A stretch of DNA of 64,000 nt from an uncultured Fibrobacterota bacterium (GCA_963753345.1 CAVWBU010000049.1:64001-128000); one strand, 5' to 3'; positions 1-10,672 are shown, counted from the first letter of the stretch. Notes: generated by a model not told the origin, from the sequence alone. Numbers and translations: made by a program.

Positions 1-1200
1 GCGCGGGAGCAGGGTCTTCACGAGACTCACGGGCCAGCGCTCGAGCGCCTCGGGCATCAGGGTGTGGTTGGTGTAGGCGAACGTGCGCACCACAATGTCC
101 CACGCATCGTCCCACAAGAGCCCGTTTTCGTCGATAAGCAGGCGCATGAGCTCCACAATGGCGATTGCGGGGTGCGTGTCGTTGAGCTGGATGGCCACCT
201 TGTCGGGGAAGTTTTTGAAATCCTTGTTGTTCGAGAGATAACGCCGCATGATGTCCTGCAGCGACGCGGACGTGAAGAAATGCTGCTGCTTGAGCCGCAG
301 CTCCTTGCCGGAATGGTTGTTGTCGTTGGGGTAGAGCACCTTGGAGATGTTCTCGCTTGTCAATTTATCCTGGCACGCGCCGATGTAGTCGCCGCTGTTG
401 AAGTAGTCGAACTTGAACTCGTGCGCGGCGCGCGCGCTCCACAGGCGAAGGGTGTTCACCGTGTTGTTGCCGTAGCCGGGCACCGGCACGTCGAACGGCA
501 GCGCGATCACCTCCTCGGTGTCGACCCACGCCACCTTCTGTTTGCCGTTCGCGTCGGTATGGTACAGGGTCTTGCCGTAGTATTTGATGTGGGCCTTGTA
601 CTCGGCGCGCTCCATCACCCAGGGGTTAACCTGCTGGAGCCACTGTTCCGGATACTCGGCCTGGTGGCCGTTCACGATGCGCTGGTTGAAAATCCCGAAT
701 TCGTACAGGATGCCGTAACCGACCGCCGGCAGCTCGAGCGTGGCCATGGAATCGAGGAAGCATGCGGCAAGCCTGCCGAGGCCGCCGTTGCCGAGTCCCG
801 CGTCAACCTCCTGGTCGATGATGTCTTCGATGTCGAGTCCCAGGTCCTTCATGGCGCTTGCGCTGGGTTCGCGCATTTTGAGGTTCATGATGTTGTTCGA
901 CAGGAGCCGCCCCATCAGAAACTCCATCGACATGTAGTACACGCGCTTGACGTTCTGCTCGTGGTACAGTTGCTTGGAGGTGATCCACCGCTCGATGAGC
1001 CGGTCGCGCACAGTGTAGGCGAGGCTCAAAAACTCCGCGTACGCGGTGAGCGAGTACTTGTCTTTTGCGAGGTTGTATTCGAGGTTGTTGAGAAACCCGA
1101 GCCGCACGTTCTCCCGCGCCATCCCCTTGAAATGGACCGACCAGTTCTTGTTGTCCTTGTCCGGGATCCTCGTGACGGTTTCGGTGATCGCTTTCTGCAT
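1..1200 (-). CDS. glgP: Glycogen/starch phosphorylase (N-terminal part; runs off window start)
   Basis: Manual minus-strand translation from ATG 1200: MQKAITET...YYMSMEFLMGR...DAGLGNGGLGRLAACFLDSMATL...IQLNDTHP, hallmark phosphorylase motifs. Not in the ORF track because it is open at the window edge. Confidence 0.95.
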   Translation of the reverse strand, partial: MQKAITETVTRIPDKDNKNWSVHFKGMARENVRLGFLNNLEYNLAKDKYSLTAYAEFLSLAYTVRDRLIERWITSKQLYHEQNVKRVYYMSMEFLMGRLLSNNIMNLKMREPSASAMKDLGLDIEDIIDQEVDAGLGNGGLGRLAACFLDSMATLELPAVGYGILYEFGIFNQRIVNGHQAEYPEQWLQQVNPWVMERAEYKAHIKYYGKTLYHTDANGKQKVAWVDTEEVIALPFDVPVPGYGNNTVNTLRLWSARAAHEFKFDYFNSGDYIGACQDKLTSENISKVLYPNDNNHSGKELRLKQQHFFTSASLQDIMRRYLSNNKDFKNFPDKVAIQLNDTHPAIAIVELMRLLIDENGLLWDDAWDIVVRTFAYTNHTLMPEALERWPVSLVKTLLPR

Positions 1201-1305
1201 GTCGGGCCTCTTCTATGGGGCGAAATGGAGGAATGGGGTTTGGGCTAAATCGTAGGTACAAAATAATTCATGAGGGATGGATTAAATAATCAAGAATATC
1301 CAGGA

Positions 1306-1457
1306 GGGGGAGGTGTCCCCCTGGCCCCCGGCTTCCGTCGCCGCAGGTCTATAATGTCAATTTCGAGCGGCGACGGTGATCCGGGGGCACACCCCCTGGT
1401 GGGTAGCCCCCTTGACGGAGCGGCGGCAAACCAGAAACATTGTTGCGGGGGCACCCA
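1306..1457 (+). repeat. Family-1 structured intergenic repeat, copy A
   Basis: GGGGG-aggtgt-CCCCC hairpin, long variable stem, ACCCCCT, then TGGGTAGCCCCC...GGGGGCACCCA stem; homologous to copies at 21164, 38244, 53854 and 60561. Confidence 0.85.
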
Positions 1458-1621
1458 GAAACATAGTTTTCCGCCGCGGCTGGGCTACCGCGTTTCGCTT
1501 CCCTGCTACGCTATTCATGCCGGTCTTAATCGTTCCCCAAAAAGCAACGTTTTTTGATCGTGCCTGTTGACCTTTCATCATTGGCGAGGTAAATTTACCA
1601 TAGAGACGCAAGGAGGAACCG

Positions 1622-2453
1622 ATGCCGGATATTTTCGCCTACAGCGACAGCCGCCTGTTTCTTAAGGACTACTACGCCGAACACAAGAAGGCGCATCCTT
1701 CCTTTTCGTACCAGTATTTCGCGAACAAGGCCGGGCTGAAGTCAAAGACATTCATCTACAAGGTCATCGCGGGCCAGAAGACGCTTTCAAAGGGTGCGGT
1801 GTTTGCCGTGGCCCAGGCAATGGGGCTTAACAGGAAAGAAACCGAGTATTTCGAAGCCATGGTACATTTCACGCAGGCAAAGACCGGACGGGAGCGCGAG
1901 TTCTATTTTAACCACCTGCAGGCGTTCGGCAAGCATCACACTTCCGCGCAGCTTCGGCAAGACCAGTTTACGTATTTCTCAAAGTGGTACTATCCGGCCC
2001 TGCGCGAGCTTGTCGCGTTTCTCGACTTCAAAGACGATTTCAAGATACTTGCCCGAACACTCAACCCGCCCATTACAACACCTCAAGCCAAAAAGGCAGT
2101 TCGCCTGCTGCTGGACCTGGGCCTGATAAAACGTATGGCCTCGGGGCGATACTTCCAGACCGATAAATCGATAACCACCGGTGATCAGGTTCGGTCGCTT
2201 GCCGTCGCCGCTTTTCAAAAGGAGAACCTGCGGCTTGCCACAGAATCCATCGACCGCCACAAGCGGCAGCTCCGGGACATCTCCACCCTGACCGTCGGCA
2301 TCTCCGAAGCCGGGTTCCAGCGTGTAACGCGAAGAGGTCGCCGCGTTCAGAAAGCGGCTGGCCGAAATGGTTGAGAAAGATGATCCTGTCGATAGAGTGT
2401 ATCAGATAAATTTTCAGGTGTTCCCGCTCTCAACACCGCCCAGGAAGGGATAA
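1622..2453 (+). CDS. TIGR02147-family protein (frameshift near 2330)
   Basis: IFAYSDSRLFLKDYY...FSYQYFANKAGLKS, FSKWYYPALRE; the C-terminus continues in another frame as EEVAAFRKRL...DRVYQINFQVFPLS* (TAA 2451-2453). RBS AGGAGG. Confidence 0.9.
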
Positions 2454-2456
2454 CCT

Positions 2457-4269
2457 ATGCGCAGCAAACTTTTTATCGCCGTCCTTTGCCTCACCCTGCC
2501 GTTTATGGCATGCGTAAAGAATATTGCGGGCGGAAGCACCGAGACAACTAATCCGGCCGTCTCCGCCATGCTCTACAATCCCGGCGGGTCGCCTGCGGCG
2601 CATGCAAAAGTAAGATTCTATCCGATCAATTATAATCCCCGCACAGGCGGCCTGGCCAAGACACTGGCGGCGGTCGTGGACTCAACCACCACCGATGCTA
2701 GCGGTAATTATACTGCCAAGCTCGACACCGGCACGTACAACGTGCTCGCCGCCGGCGACAGCGGCGTCGTGTACCAGGACTCGATAACCGTTGTCAAAGA
2801 CTCAACACGTTCACCCGCCCGCGGACACGCTGAAAGCGCCGGGATCGATCCGAGGAGTAATTCGGCTGCAACCGGGTGATGATGCAAGGACAGTGTTTAT
2901 CCTGTTTATGGGGACAAATACTTGGGGATACGCCGGAAGACTGCCATTGGCAGTTTACCGTTGCAAACATGGCGGAAGGAACGTACAGGGTGAGGATTTC
3001 TGACGACGTTGGATGCGTATGTGCCGAAGGACACGGTGCTGAGCGTGACGTGCAGGGAAGACGGATTCGCTGCCGCATGATATTGTGCTGCAATATACGG
3101 GGATTCCGGTGCCGAGAGGGTTGAAGATCTGCTATGATACATTGAAGCAGATCGTGACGTTGACGTGGAACAGACCAACAACTGGAAGGAAAATCGCCGC
3201 ATACAACATTTACAGAAAGGAACAAGATTCTAGCTTCGCAAGGATCAGAAGCAATGTCCAAGATACCACTTTTTCAGATAGTACTTTACGAGCAAGCGCC
3301 ATTTACGAATATAGAATCGCGGCTGTCGATACGCAAAATACCGAAGGAACACAAAGTCCATCTATAACAATGAACTTTCACAACCGTTTTAACCTAGTCA
3401 CGAGCACGACTGCTTTTGGCAGAAGGCAAGAGCATAGCAGCGTAGTTTTTGATAACAGAATGTGGGTTTTCGCCGGAACTGACGGGTATAATTTGAAGAA
3501 TGATGTTTGGTATTCGACTGATGGCAACTCTTGGACGCAAGCAACGGACTCCGCCAGCTTTGCCAAAAGGCGAGGTCACACATCAGTTGTCTTTAATAAT
3601 AAAATGTGGGTCATTGGAGGTCTCGCCGACAATGGAACGGGGGGCTTTGATGATGCGAGTGATGTTTGGTATTCTACGGATGGCATTTCGTGGATACAGG
3701 AGGCAGCTTCGCCAGATTCCATTTTCTCCGGAAGAGTTGCCCATGCAAGTATTGTCTTTGACAACAAGATTTGGGTCATCGGCGGGTCTGCCAGTAGCGG
3801 CCTTCTGAATGATGCTTGGTATTCCACTGATGGGATTTCTTGGATAGAGGCTACAAATTCAGCCGCCTTTGATAAAAGACTTGGTCATCGCCTTTTTGTT
3901 TTCAAGAATAAAATGTGGCTCGTAGGCGGGAATGACAACAGCGGATTCAAAAACGATGTTTGGAATACACAAGATGGCGTTACTTGGAACGAGGTCTCTA
4001 ACTCAGCTAGTTTCGATGCGAGATATGGATTTGCTGCCGATGTCTTGGATAGCACAATTTGGCTTGTCGGCGGGTACGGCATGCCTGGTGGCACGCTTGG
4101 TCCATTTGATGACGCATGGTATTCTGAAGATGGCGCCCTGTGGAGACAATTCAATATCCCCCCAAATCTCACAGCGAAATTTAACCAATCGTCAGTTGTT
4201 TTCTCAAATGAACTATGGATTATCGGGGCAAATAATTCGGGTGCCAGTGACGTTTGGGCTCTAAGATAG
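2457..4269 (+). CDS. Lipoprotein with carboxypeptidase-regulatory-like, FN3-like and Kelch-like repeat domains (several frameshifts 2800-3085)
   Basis: Lipobox FMAC followed by AGGSTETTN, typical of TIGR02147-linked lipoproteins. ORF pieces 2457-2879, 2791-3003 and 3085-4269 join; repeats of R..H.SVVF.NKMWVIGG...NDVWYSTDG. Confidence 0.8.
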
Positions 4270-4303
4270 CTGGGTCGCACTATCCATGTCGCCTTGACAA
4301 ATG

Positions 4304-4339
4304 CTGAAGAGCCGGAAGGATTTCTCCTCCCGGCTTCAT
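4304..4339. terminator. Hairpin between convergent genes
   Basis: TGAAGAGCCGG...CCGGCTTCA inverted repeat between stops at 4269 (+) and 4366 (-). Confidence 0.5.
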
Positions 4340-4365
4340 GCAAACGCAGCCGCAATTCCTGCAAG

Positions 4366-7300
4366 CTATTTCTTCTTGTTCAGTTTATCAAATTCCTTTT
4401 TCAAAGATAGCATTTGGTTCTGCTGCTCCTTTATGGCTTCGATAAGAACGGCGACCATGTTGGGATAATTTACGCCCAACATGCCCTTTTCTGATTGGGT
4501 AACCAACTCTGGAAGAACATGCCTTACTTCTTGGGCGATTAGCCCATAAGTTGAAACACCCATGTTTGCTTCTTTCTTCCAATCAAAAGCGACTCCTCGT
4601 AATTTCATTACTTTACCAAGCGCATGTTCTATCTTCCGAATATTCTTCTTGAGTCGCTTGTCAGAAGGGGTCTTGATAATATTCCCACTACTATCACACG
4701 ACAGAGGAGCGGCACCAGAATTCAAATTGCTGGCATGAATCGTGCCATTTACGTCTAATTTCTGCACCGGGTTCGTCAAACCTATTCCTACGTTTCCTCC
4801 GATTTTCACCATAAGCAGGCTACTGCTTGTATTATTGAGTACCTGAAACGGATCGGGGACCGAGGCGACAAAGTCCCAATGGCTGTTTACGGTGTGTCCT
4901 GATTTTGAATTGAATCCGGCCTGTACGCCATTATTGAAGGTCTGTGCGAAACCCGTGATTTGAACACCGGTGGCGTTCCACGCGCCGCCGCCACTGTCGC
5001 TCCATCTGAACGTGTTTGTCTTTTCCCAGTTGCCAGTCCCAGTCTGGCTGAATTGTCCACTGAATTGAAACGTATTCTGATCAACACGCGTAATGACATA
5101 GACGCCATTATAGCTGTTTGGCCCGGAAATTGTAACTTCATTGCCCGTTGACAACCCGTGGTTGTTCGAGGTTGCATTTACAAGGTTGGTGCCCCCGTTG
5201 GCAAATGCAGTGATGGAACCGGTCACGACCGTCTCGATTTGCACTCTGTAATTGGTGTTCCCGTTTTGTCCGGTATAAATACCGCTCGCGGTCATGTCAT
5301 TCAGGCCGGGTCCGGTAAAGGTGGGAGCATTAACCTGAGAGATCGGCACCACATTGGTCAACCCGACATTGCCAATCACATTGAACCGATTGTACACTGC
5401 GCTGTTGGCCCCTGGGGCATTATCCCTGTAATCATTCCCATAAACCATTCCCACATCTGCGGTGGTGGCGATGTTAATACAATTTATGAATCCCGTGGAA
5501 TTGTGTTGGAAAAGACAACCATGAATTTGGATGCGTCCGGCAGTTGCGTTCACCCCTGCGGTTATCGCCTGTGTGTAGTCAATGAAGACAAAATTTGCGA
5601 TCTTAAGACAACCAGGGATTTGCCATAGTATAGTGTTGCCTCCAAGCCAACTCTGGAACACCCCCGTATTCAACAAGAGTATCGCCCCTCCATGATTCCC
5701 GCTGGAGTCGCCGAATATGCAATGGTTTCTATTATAGACGTTTGGACTATTTACATTGCCAACGTTCCCGCATGTGATTCGGACATTGCTTAGTTCCATT
5801 TCCGCTACTGCGCCGGTTGGGGCAGGAATATCCACGTAAATTCCGCAGTCCGCCATATCGAATTGTATGTTTGTTCCGAACAAACCTTGTACTGGACCAG
5901 TCGTTGAATCACTGCTAATCCAAATACCGTTATGTGCGAAAATGGCAAAAAAATCCTTGATTATCAAAAAGTTGGCCTGCTGTATTATTATTGCCGTCAT
6001 GTTTTGCACGAGGTAAGTATACCAGTCTTTTCTCTGTTGATCGGAGGAAGTCCAATCGAATTCGTTGAAATATGAGGGATTAAAAAACACTTTTTCAATT
6101 ATAGTTACGTCTCCCATGTTGTCGACGAGAATGCCGGTTTGCAATGGGAATCCATAAATGTTGTAAAGGTGGTTGCGTCCGCCAACGGCTTGGGCTACCA
6201 TAGAAATTCCCTGGTAGGGGTTTACAAGCGTCAAATTCATGGCTCTGTTGTCGCAACCTTTCCCACTATATCGGGGGCTAGTGTTTGCCTGGAATTCTAT
6301 GCAATACGGATAAGGTTGAACGTTAAACGAAGTACCCTGGGTAGCACCACTAAGATACTGGACCGGATAAAAAATAGTCAATCCCTCTATGACACTTGAG
6401 CCGTTAATAGCGCCCACTTGGGGGTCATTGATGCCGCCTGATAGGATTATGAACGACGGGCCTCCGGAGCTACCGAAGTTCGACAGGCATAACAAAACTG
6501 GCCCCTGGGGAGTTCCTTTGATCCAGAAGTTTTTCATCCATACCGGTGGTGCAGACCTCATCCCACGCAGTATTACATTAGAAGGCACTAAGATAGAGGC
6601 GGAATTGTTGTTGAATACATAGTACCCGTTAGGAACATACACCACACCGCCACCCTCCGCGGACGCAGCCGAAAGGGCATTATTGAAGGCTAAGGTATTG
6701 TCCACGGTTGTTGCAGCAGAAGTTACCTTCCAGGAAACATTGCCCGGTAGAGCGGAGTAGTTGTTAAACGAACCATTAATCGTGATTGTACCATCTACCA
6801 CAGTTCGCACGGTATACGCTCCGCAATTCTGGTTGTTGTGAATCCAAAGAGTGTCACCAGAAGAAACATTTGACATTGTTATGCTTGAGTCTGTTAGGGT
6901 ATTCGCTGAAGAAGAAGAAATTGTTCCAGACAAGCTCCATACTTTGACAAAAAGCGGTATTGCCCCATAATCAAGCACATTATACACTTTCTGTGTCGTC
7001 GCGACCCTATTGAACCCCGGATACCCCGTCCCGTCGTCGATCCTAATGTTTCCATTAACTTGAAGTGCCTCTTGGGGAGTTGTCGTCCCAATTCCTACTT
7101 TTCCCCCAGAATCCAAACGCATTTTGCAAGTTCCGTTAAGACGAAAATTTATTCCATTCTGGCCCGAACCAAGATTGTCAATAAGAGTCGCATTGCTATC
7201 TATTCCCCCTCGAGCTGATCCACCCTGAGCGACCATAGTAACGGCATTCGAATTGTCGGCAATAATTCCAATCGAAGATAGTTTGCCACTGTTATTCCTT

Positions 7301-7542
7301 TGTACAACCAATTGGTAGCCGTCCGCATCATTTTGAACCTTTAGGTTTTCATTGCCCAAGAAGCTGGTTGCGCCAATTTTGACTGGGCCAGAAAAGGCTC
7401 CTGAACCGGCAACGTCAAGTTTCGAACCCGGCGATGTCGTTCCAACGCCGACGTTTGTCCCGTCGTCCAGAATTTGGCTGTCTGTCAAATGTTGAACAGT
7501 TGTCGTGTCGCTGGCTTTTTGGATTTTGTTTACCGTTGCCAT
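4366..7542 (-). CDS. Tail-fibre/tailspike-like protein with pectate-lyase-3-like beta-helix and C-terminal peptidase S74 intramolecular chaperone domain
   Basis: GxGTTxP..KLDVxG repeats, YNVLDYGA...DNTLAFNNAL...GGGVVYVPNG, and C-terminal SDKRLKKNI...GLIAQEV...VNYPNMVAVLIEAIKEQ. RBS AAGGAG. Confidence 0.8.
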   Translation of the reverse strand: MATVNKIQKASDTTTVQHLTDSQILDDGTNVGVGTTSPGSKLDVAGSGAFSGPVKIGATSFLGNENLKVQNDADGYQLVVQRNNSGKLSSIGIIADNSNAVTMVAQGGSARGGIDSNATLIDNLGSGQNGINFRLNGTCKMRLDSGGKVGIGTTTPQEALQVNGNIRIDDGTGYPGFNRVATTQKVYNVLDYGAIPLFVKVWSLSGTISSSSANTLTDSSITMSNVSSGDTLWIHNNQNCGAYTVRTVVDGTITINGSFNNYSALPGNVSWKVTSAATTVDNTLAFNNALSAASAEGGGVVYVPNGYYVFNNNSASILVPSNVILRGMRSAPPVWMKNFWIKGTPQGPVLLCLSNFGSSGGPSFIILSGGINDPQVGAINGSSVIEGLTIFYPVQYLSGATQGTSFNVQPYPYCIEFQANTSPRYSGKGCDNRAMNLTLVNPYQGISMVAQAVGGRNHLYNIYGFPLQTGILVDNMGDVTIIEKVFFNPSYFNEFDWTSSDQQRKDWYTYLVQNMTAIIIQQANFLIIKDFFAIFAHNGIWISSDSTTGPVQGLFGTNIQFDMADCGIYVDIPAPTGAVAEMELSNVRITCGNVGNVNSPNVYNRNHCIFGDSSGNHGGAILLLNTGVFQSWLGGNTILWQIPGCLKIANFVFIDYTQAITAGVNATAGRIQIHGCLFQHNSTGFINCINIATTADVGMVYGNDYRDNAPGANSAVYNRFNVIGNVGLTNVVPISQVNAPTFTGPGLNDMTASGIYTGQNGNTNYRVQIETVVTGSITAFANGGTNLVNATSNNHGLSTGNEVTISGPNSYNGVYVITRVDQNTFQFSGQFSQTGTGNWEKTNTFRWSDSGGGAWNATGVQITGFAQTFNNGVQAGFNSKSGHTVNSHWDFVASVPDPFQVLNNTSSSLLMVKIGGNVGIGLTNPVQKLDVNGTIHASNLNSGAAPLSCDSSGNIIKTPSDKRLKKNIRKIEHALGKVMKLRGVAFDWKKEANMGVSTYGLIAQEVRHVLPELVTQSEKGMLGVNYPNMVAVLIEAIKEQQNQMLSLKKEFDKLNKKK

Positions 7543-7984
7543 AGTTCGTCTCCTTTGTTAAAGGACTCCGCGAGACGCTCATTAGTCTCAATTGTTAAAT
7601 TTTGCTCCATATTCTCGCCTTCATCATCTGCACGACGTTGATGTGGTTATCCACTTGATCATTGTACCCCTTGACGGCAACCTCGAAATGTTCTTTCGCC
7701 TGGTAGACGGCAGTTTTGCCTGCACCGCCTGTTGGCACACCACGTCCGGGTTTACAGTGTTTTGGCTTTGCTGCATAAAACCTCACTTTCCTTGACATTT
7801 GGTTTTGTGTGTTATTTCAAATGTGAACGCAAATGATACACGGGCCTGACCACGAGCGTATTCCGCAAATGTCAAGCAGCCAGTGGTGCATGGGGAGGGA
7901 GGTTTGTCGAATCAAAGCTTGACAAAGGACACTCTCAATATACAATCGCCGGGGGGGGCATTGTCAAGACAAAACTGGGGATAT

Positions 7985-8051
7985 TTGGGCGTGCGTTCCG
8001 GCTTGCTGTTGCAGGCTACTCCGCAACTTCTCAGTACAATTCCCGCCTAAC
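7985..8051 (-). repeat. Short element sharing family-2 termini
   Basis: Reverse strand reads GTTAGGCGG...GGAACGCACGCCCAA, the same ends as family-2 repeats, but the interior is short and different. Confidence 0.4.
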
Positions 8052-8080
8052 AAAAGAAAAGGCCGCGATCCTCCGCGGCC
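8052..8080 (-). terminator. Rho-independent terminator of hsp20
   Basis: Minus strand GGCCGCGG-AGGAT-CGCGGCC followed by TTTTCTTTT. Confidence 0.7.
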
Positions 8081-8111
8081 CTGCGTCTGCTTCCTCAACA
8101 ACCTGCGCTTC

Positions 8112-8552
8112 TTATTCGACCTTCACCTCAATCGCCTTGGGCTTTGCGGCCTCGGTCTTCCTGAGCGTCAGCTCAAGCAGGCCGTTTGCGTACTTTGCCT
8201 CGACGTGGTCCGCGTCAACGTGGTCGGGAAGCGCGAACTCTCTGCGGAACGAACCGAATCTCCTTTCAAAGTGGTAGTAGCGGTTCTTGTCCCGTTCGGT
8301 CTTCTCTTCCTTCTTCTCGCCGCTGATGGCGAGGACGCCGTTCTTCACCTCAACGGTGATGTCCTTCTTGTCCAGCCCTGGCATGTCCGCCGTGATCTTG
8401 TACGTGTCTTTTTCCTCAACGATGTCGACACGGGGATAGTTGACCAGAGAAATGTCCCGGTCCCATGCGTTGAAGATGCCGTTGCCCAGAAAATCGTCCA
8501 GCAGATTGGACAGGCTGGTGACTGGTGTTTCGTACCTTACGAGCGCTGACAT
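8112..8552 (-). CDS. Hsp20/alpha-crystallin small heat-shock protein
   Basis: PRVDIVE...ADMPGLDKKDI...ERRFGSFRREFALP...AKYANGLLELTL; RBS AGGAGG. Confidence 0.95.
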   Translation of the reverse strand: MSALVRYETPVTSLSNLLDDFLGNGIFNAWDRDISLVNYPRVDIVEEKDTYKITADMPGLDKKDITVEVKNGVLAISGEKKEEKTERDKNRYYHFERRFGSFRREFALPDHVDADHVEAKYANGLLELTLRKTEAAKPKAIEVKVE

Positions 8553-8587
8553 AACTCCTCCTTGTTAAGGTTTGGTGGTTTGACGGT

Positions 8588-8773
8588 TCATATATTCCCG
8601 AGAAACTCCTCCACGGTCGCGCACGTGTTGAGCATGATCGAGAGGTTGGTTATTTCGTCCTTGCTGATGATGGCCTCGCGCTTCGGTCTTCCGCCGAGAA
8701 ACGGTATGTAATCGGGCCTCATGACGTCTTCGAGCTTCACGGACCTTTTGTCGACCACATTCTTGTTTTCCAT
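8588..8773 (-). CDS. Small hypothetical protein (61 aa)
   Basis: GGAGG RBS, coding-like codon use, lies between a sigma-54 promoter and hsp20. Confidence 0.7.
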   Translation of the reverse strand: MENKNVVDKRSVKLEDVMRPDYIPFLGGRPKREAIISKDEITNLSIMLNTCATVEEFLGNI

Positions 8774-8825
8774 ACGCAGCCTCCGTTCACTTGTCCCAAA
8801 ATCTTGTTTTCGCTTGATAAGAAAG

Positions 8826-8840
8826 GCAAGGCCTGTGCCA
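8826..8840 (-). promoter_or_regulatory. Sigma-54 (-24/-12) promoter
   Basis: Minus strand TGGCAC-AGGCC-TTGC, matching the consensus, about 50 nt upstream of the 61-aa ORF. Confidence 0.8.
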
Positions 8841-9051
8841 ATGAAAAAGGTGTTGAAATTGACGAGATTTCAGGGGTGATAAAGCAAGGTGTTTGATGAT
8901 GGAACATCAGTCCAAAGTTTATTGTATGATTATGAAACGTCTTTGGTATGATGCACGAGGTGATTGATCTGCGCATTAGTCAATGATTGATCCGTTCCAC
9001 CGCCAAACGATCTGCGGTCACCGACATTCAATTAAGCACCCATCGCCCGCC

Positions 9052-9221
9052 CGCGCGTTAGGCCGGACCGCAGGGGGCGCAAGAGCGCATTGTCGGCCGA
9101 CCCTCGCCGCAGGCGACTCGGGCGGTCCGGCAACGAGGCGAACAGCCGACGACCCTTGGAAGCACCCGAAGGGGTGGCCCGGAGGGAGGGCCGGCCCGAG
9201 TGCAGCGAGGGAAACGCCCAA
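9052..9221 (+). repeat. Family-2 structured repeat, copy 1 (carries 27-bp insert 9150-9176)
   Basis: CGCGTTAGG..GGACCG...CAACGAGGCGAACAGCCGA...GGAGGGAG...CGCCCAA; homologous to seven other copies. Confidence 0.9.
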
Positions 9222-9272
9222 TTCTTCTTTCAACCTCACTTGTCCTTGCGTATTCTCTTATTTTTACTTCTC

Positions 9273-9932
9273 ATGAAAGTTATTAAAGAATATTCCTGCT
9301 ACCTCTTCGACGCCGACGGAACGCTCCTGGACACCACGGAGCTCATTCACCAGTGCTTCATCTTTACATGCAGGAAATACGGCGGCTTTGAAATTTCCCG
9401 GGAGCGCGTGACCGAGAATATCGGCCTTACGCTCAGGCGCCAGACGGAATTGTATCTTGGTCCGCTCACCGACGACAGGTATAAGACCATTGGCGGCGAC
9501 CACATGAAGTACCAGCTGTCCATTTACCCGCAATACCTCCGGCTTTTTCCCGGCGTGGCAAAGGGCCTTGGGCTCTTGCGCTCGCGGGGAAAGCACTGCG
9601 CCGTGGTGACCTCACGCAGGCGGGAGACGCTTGAACTGTACCTCAGGGAAACCGGGATCCTCGGATATTTTGAGGCGCTGATAACGCCGGAAAGCACGGT
9701 GAAGCACAAACCCGACCCTGAGCCCGTGCTCGCAGCGCTGTCCCAGCTCAAGGTCACCGACAAGGGATCGGTCCTGCTGGTGGGGGATTCCGGGTTCGAC
9801 ATCGAATGCGGGTCGCGCGCGGGCGTCGATACCGCGTATGTCAACAGGAGTCACAACGACTCTTTGACACTTGCGACGCGTCCCACCTATGTGATAGACG
9901 ATTTCATGCAGATCTGCGCGGAAACGGCATAA
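9273..9932 (+). CDS. HAD-superfamily hydrolase (PpaX/Gph-like)
   Basis: LFDADGTLLDT, VVTS, KHKPDPEP and VGDSGFDI motifs; start trimmed to ATG 9273. Confidence 0.9.
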   Translation: MKVIKEYSCYLFDADGTLLDTTELIHQCFIFTCRKYGGFEISRERVTENIGLTLRRQTELYLGPLTDDRYKTIGGDHMKYQLSIYPQYLRLFPGVAKGLGLLRSRGKHCAVVTSRRRETLELYLRETGILGYFEALITPESTVKHKPDPEPVLAALSQLKVTDKGSVLLVGDSGFDIECGSRAGVDTAYVNRSHNDSLTLATRPTYVIDDFMQICAETA

Positions 9933-9952
9933 CGTTGTATATTTAACCCTTC

Positions 9953-10672
9953 ATGGTCACCTTCTCCTTCATCAGCAAACGTTACGGTTCGCATTCCGGC
10001 CTCGCGGTTGACAATGTCTCCTGCATCGTGGAGCGCGGCGAATTTTTCGCCCTGCTCGGGCCCAACGGCGCGGGAAAAACCACGCTCATCAAGATGCTGC
10101 TCGATTTTGTCAAGCCTACAAGCGGCGGTGCATCCATCAACGGAGTTTCGAGCGCTTCCCCTGCTGCGCGGGAGGGCGTTGGCTACCTCGCCGAAAACGT
10201 TCGCGTGCCCCTGCACCTGTCGGGCAAAGCCTACCTGCGCCGCCAAGCCGAACTGTGCGGCATGTCCGCGGCCGGTGCGGCCGGGACAATCGCCGAAGTC
10301 CTGGAAATCGTTGGCATGGCCGGGAAGGAAAATGCGGCGATGAAGACCTATTCCAAGGGCATGCTGCAGCGCATCGGGCTTGCCGCGGCCATGATACCGG
10401 GCACAAAGCTCCTGGTGCTTGACGAACCGGTGAGCGGCCTGGACCCGCTCGGTATCCGCGACGTGCGGCGCATTATGGAAGGACTCAAGCGGAAAGGCGT
10501 GACCATCATCCTCAATTCACATTTGCTGTCGGAGGTTGAAAAGACCTGCGACACTGCCGCCATCATCGACAAGGGGAGAATCGTCCTCAAAGGCGCGATA
10601 TCGTCCATTGTCCGCGAGGGCGAGACGCTCGAAGACGTGTTCGTGCGCGTGATCGAAGGGCAGCATGCGTAA
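9953..10672 (+). CDS. ABC transporter ATP-binding protein
   Basis: GPNGAGKTT, YSKGMLQR, LVLDEP, NSH motifs. Confidence 0.95.
   Translation: MVTFSFISKRYGSHSGLAVDNVSCIVERGEFFALLGPNGAGKTTLIKMLLDFVKPTSGGASINGVSSASPAAREGVGYLAENVRVPLHLSGKAYLRRQAELCGMSAAGAAGTIAEVLEIVGMAGKENAAMKTYSKGMLQRIGLAAAMIPGTKLLVLDEPVSGLDPLGIRDVRRIMEGLKRKGVTIILNSHLLSEVEKTCDTAAIIDKGRIVLKGAISSIVREGETLEDVFVRVIEGQHA

Noticed and set aside
64-1248. 394-aa plus-strand ORF and similar long antisense ORFs (e.g. 14124-15332, 34678-36030, 36929-38101, 52647-53963)
   Set aside because: Shadow frames of GC-rich genes on the opposite strand.
7592-7798. Small ORFs upstream of the tail-fibre gene
   Set aside because: No RBS or recognisable homology; both strands are equally open.
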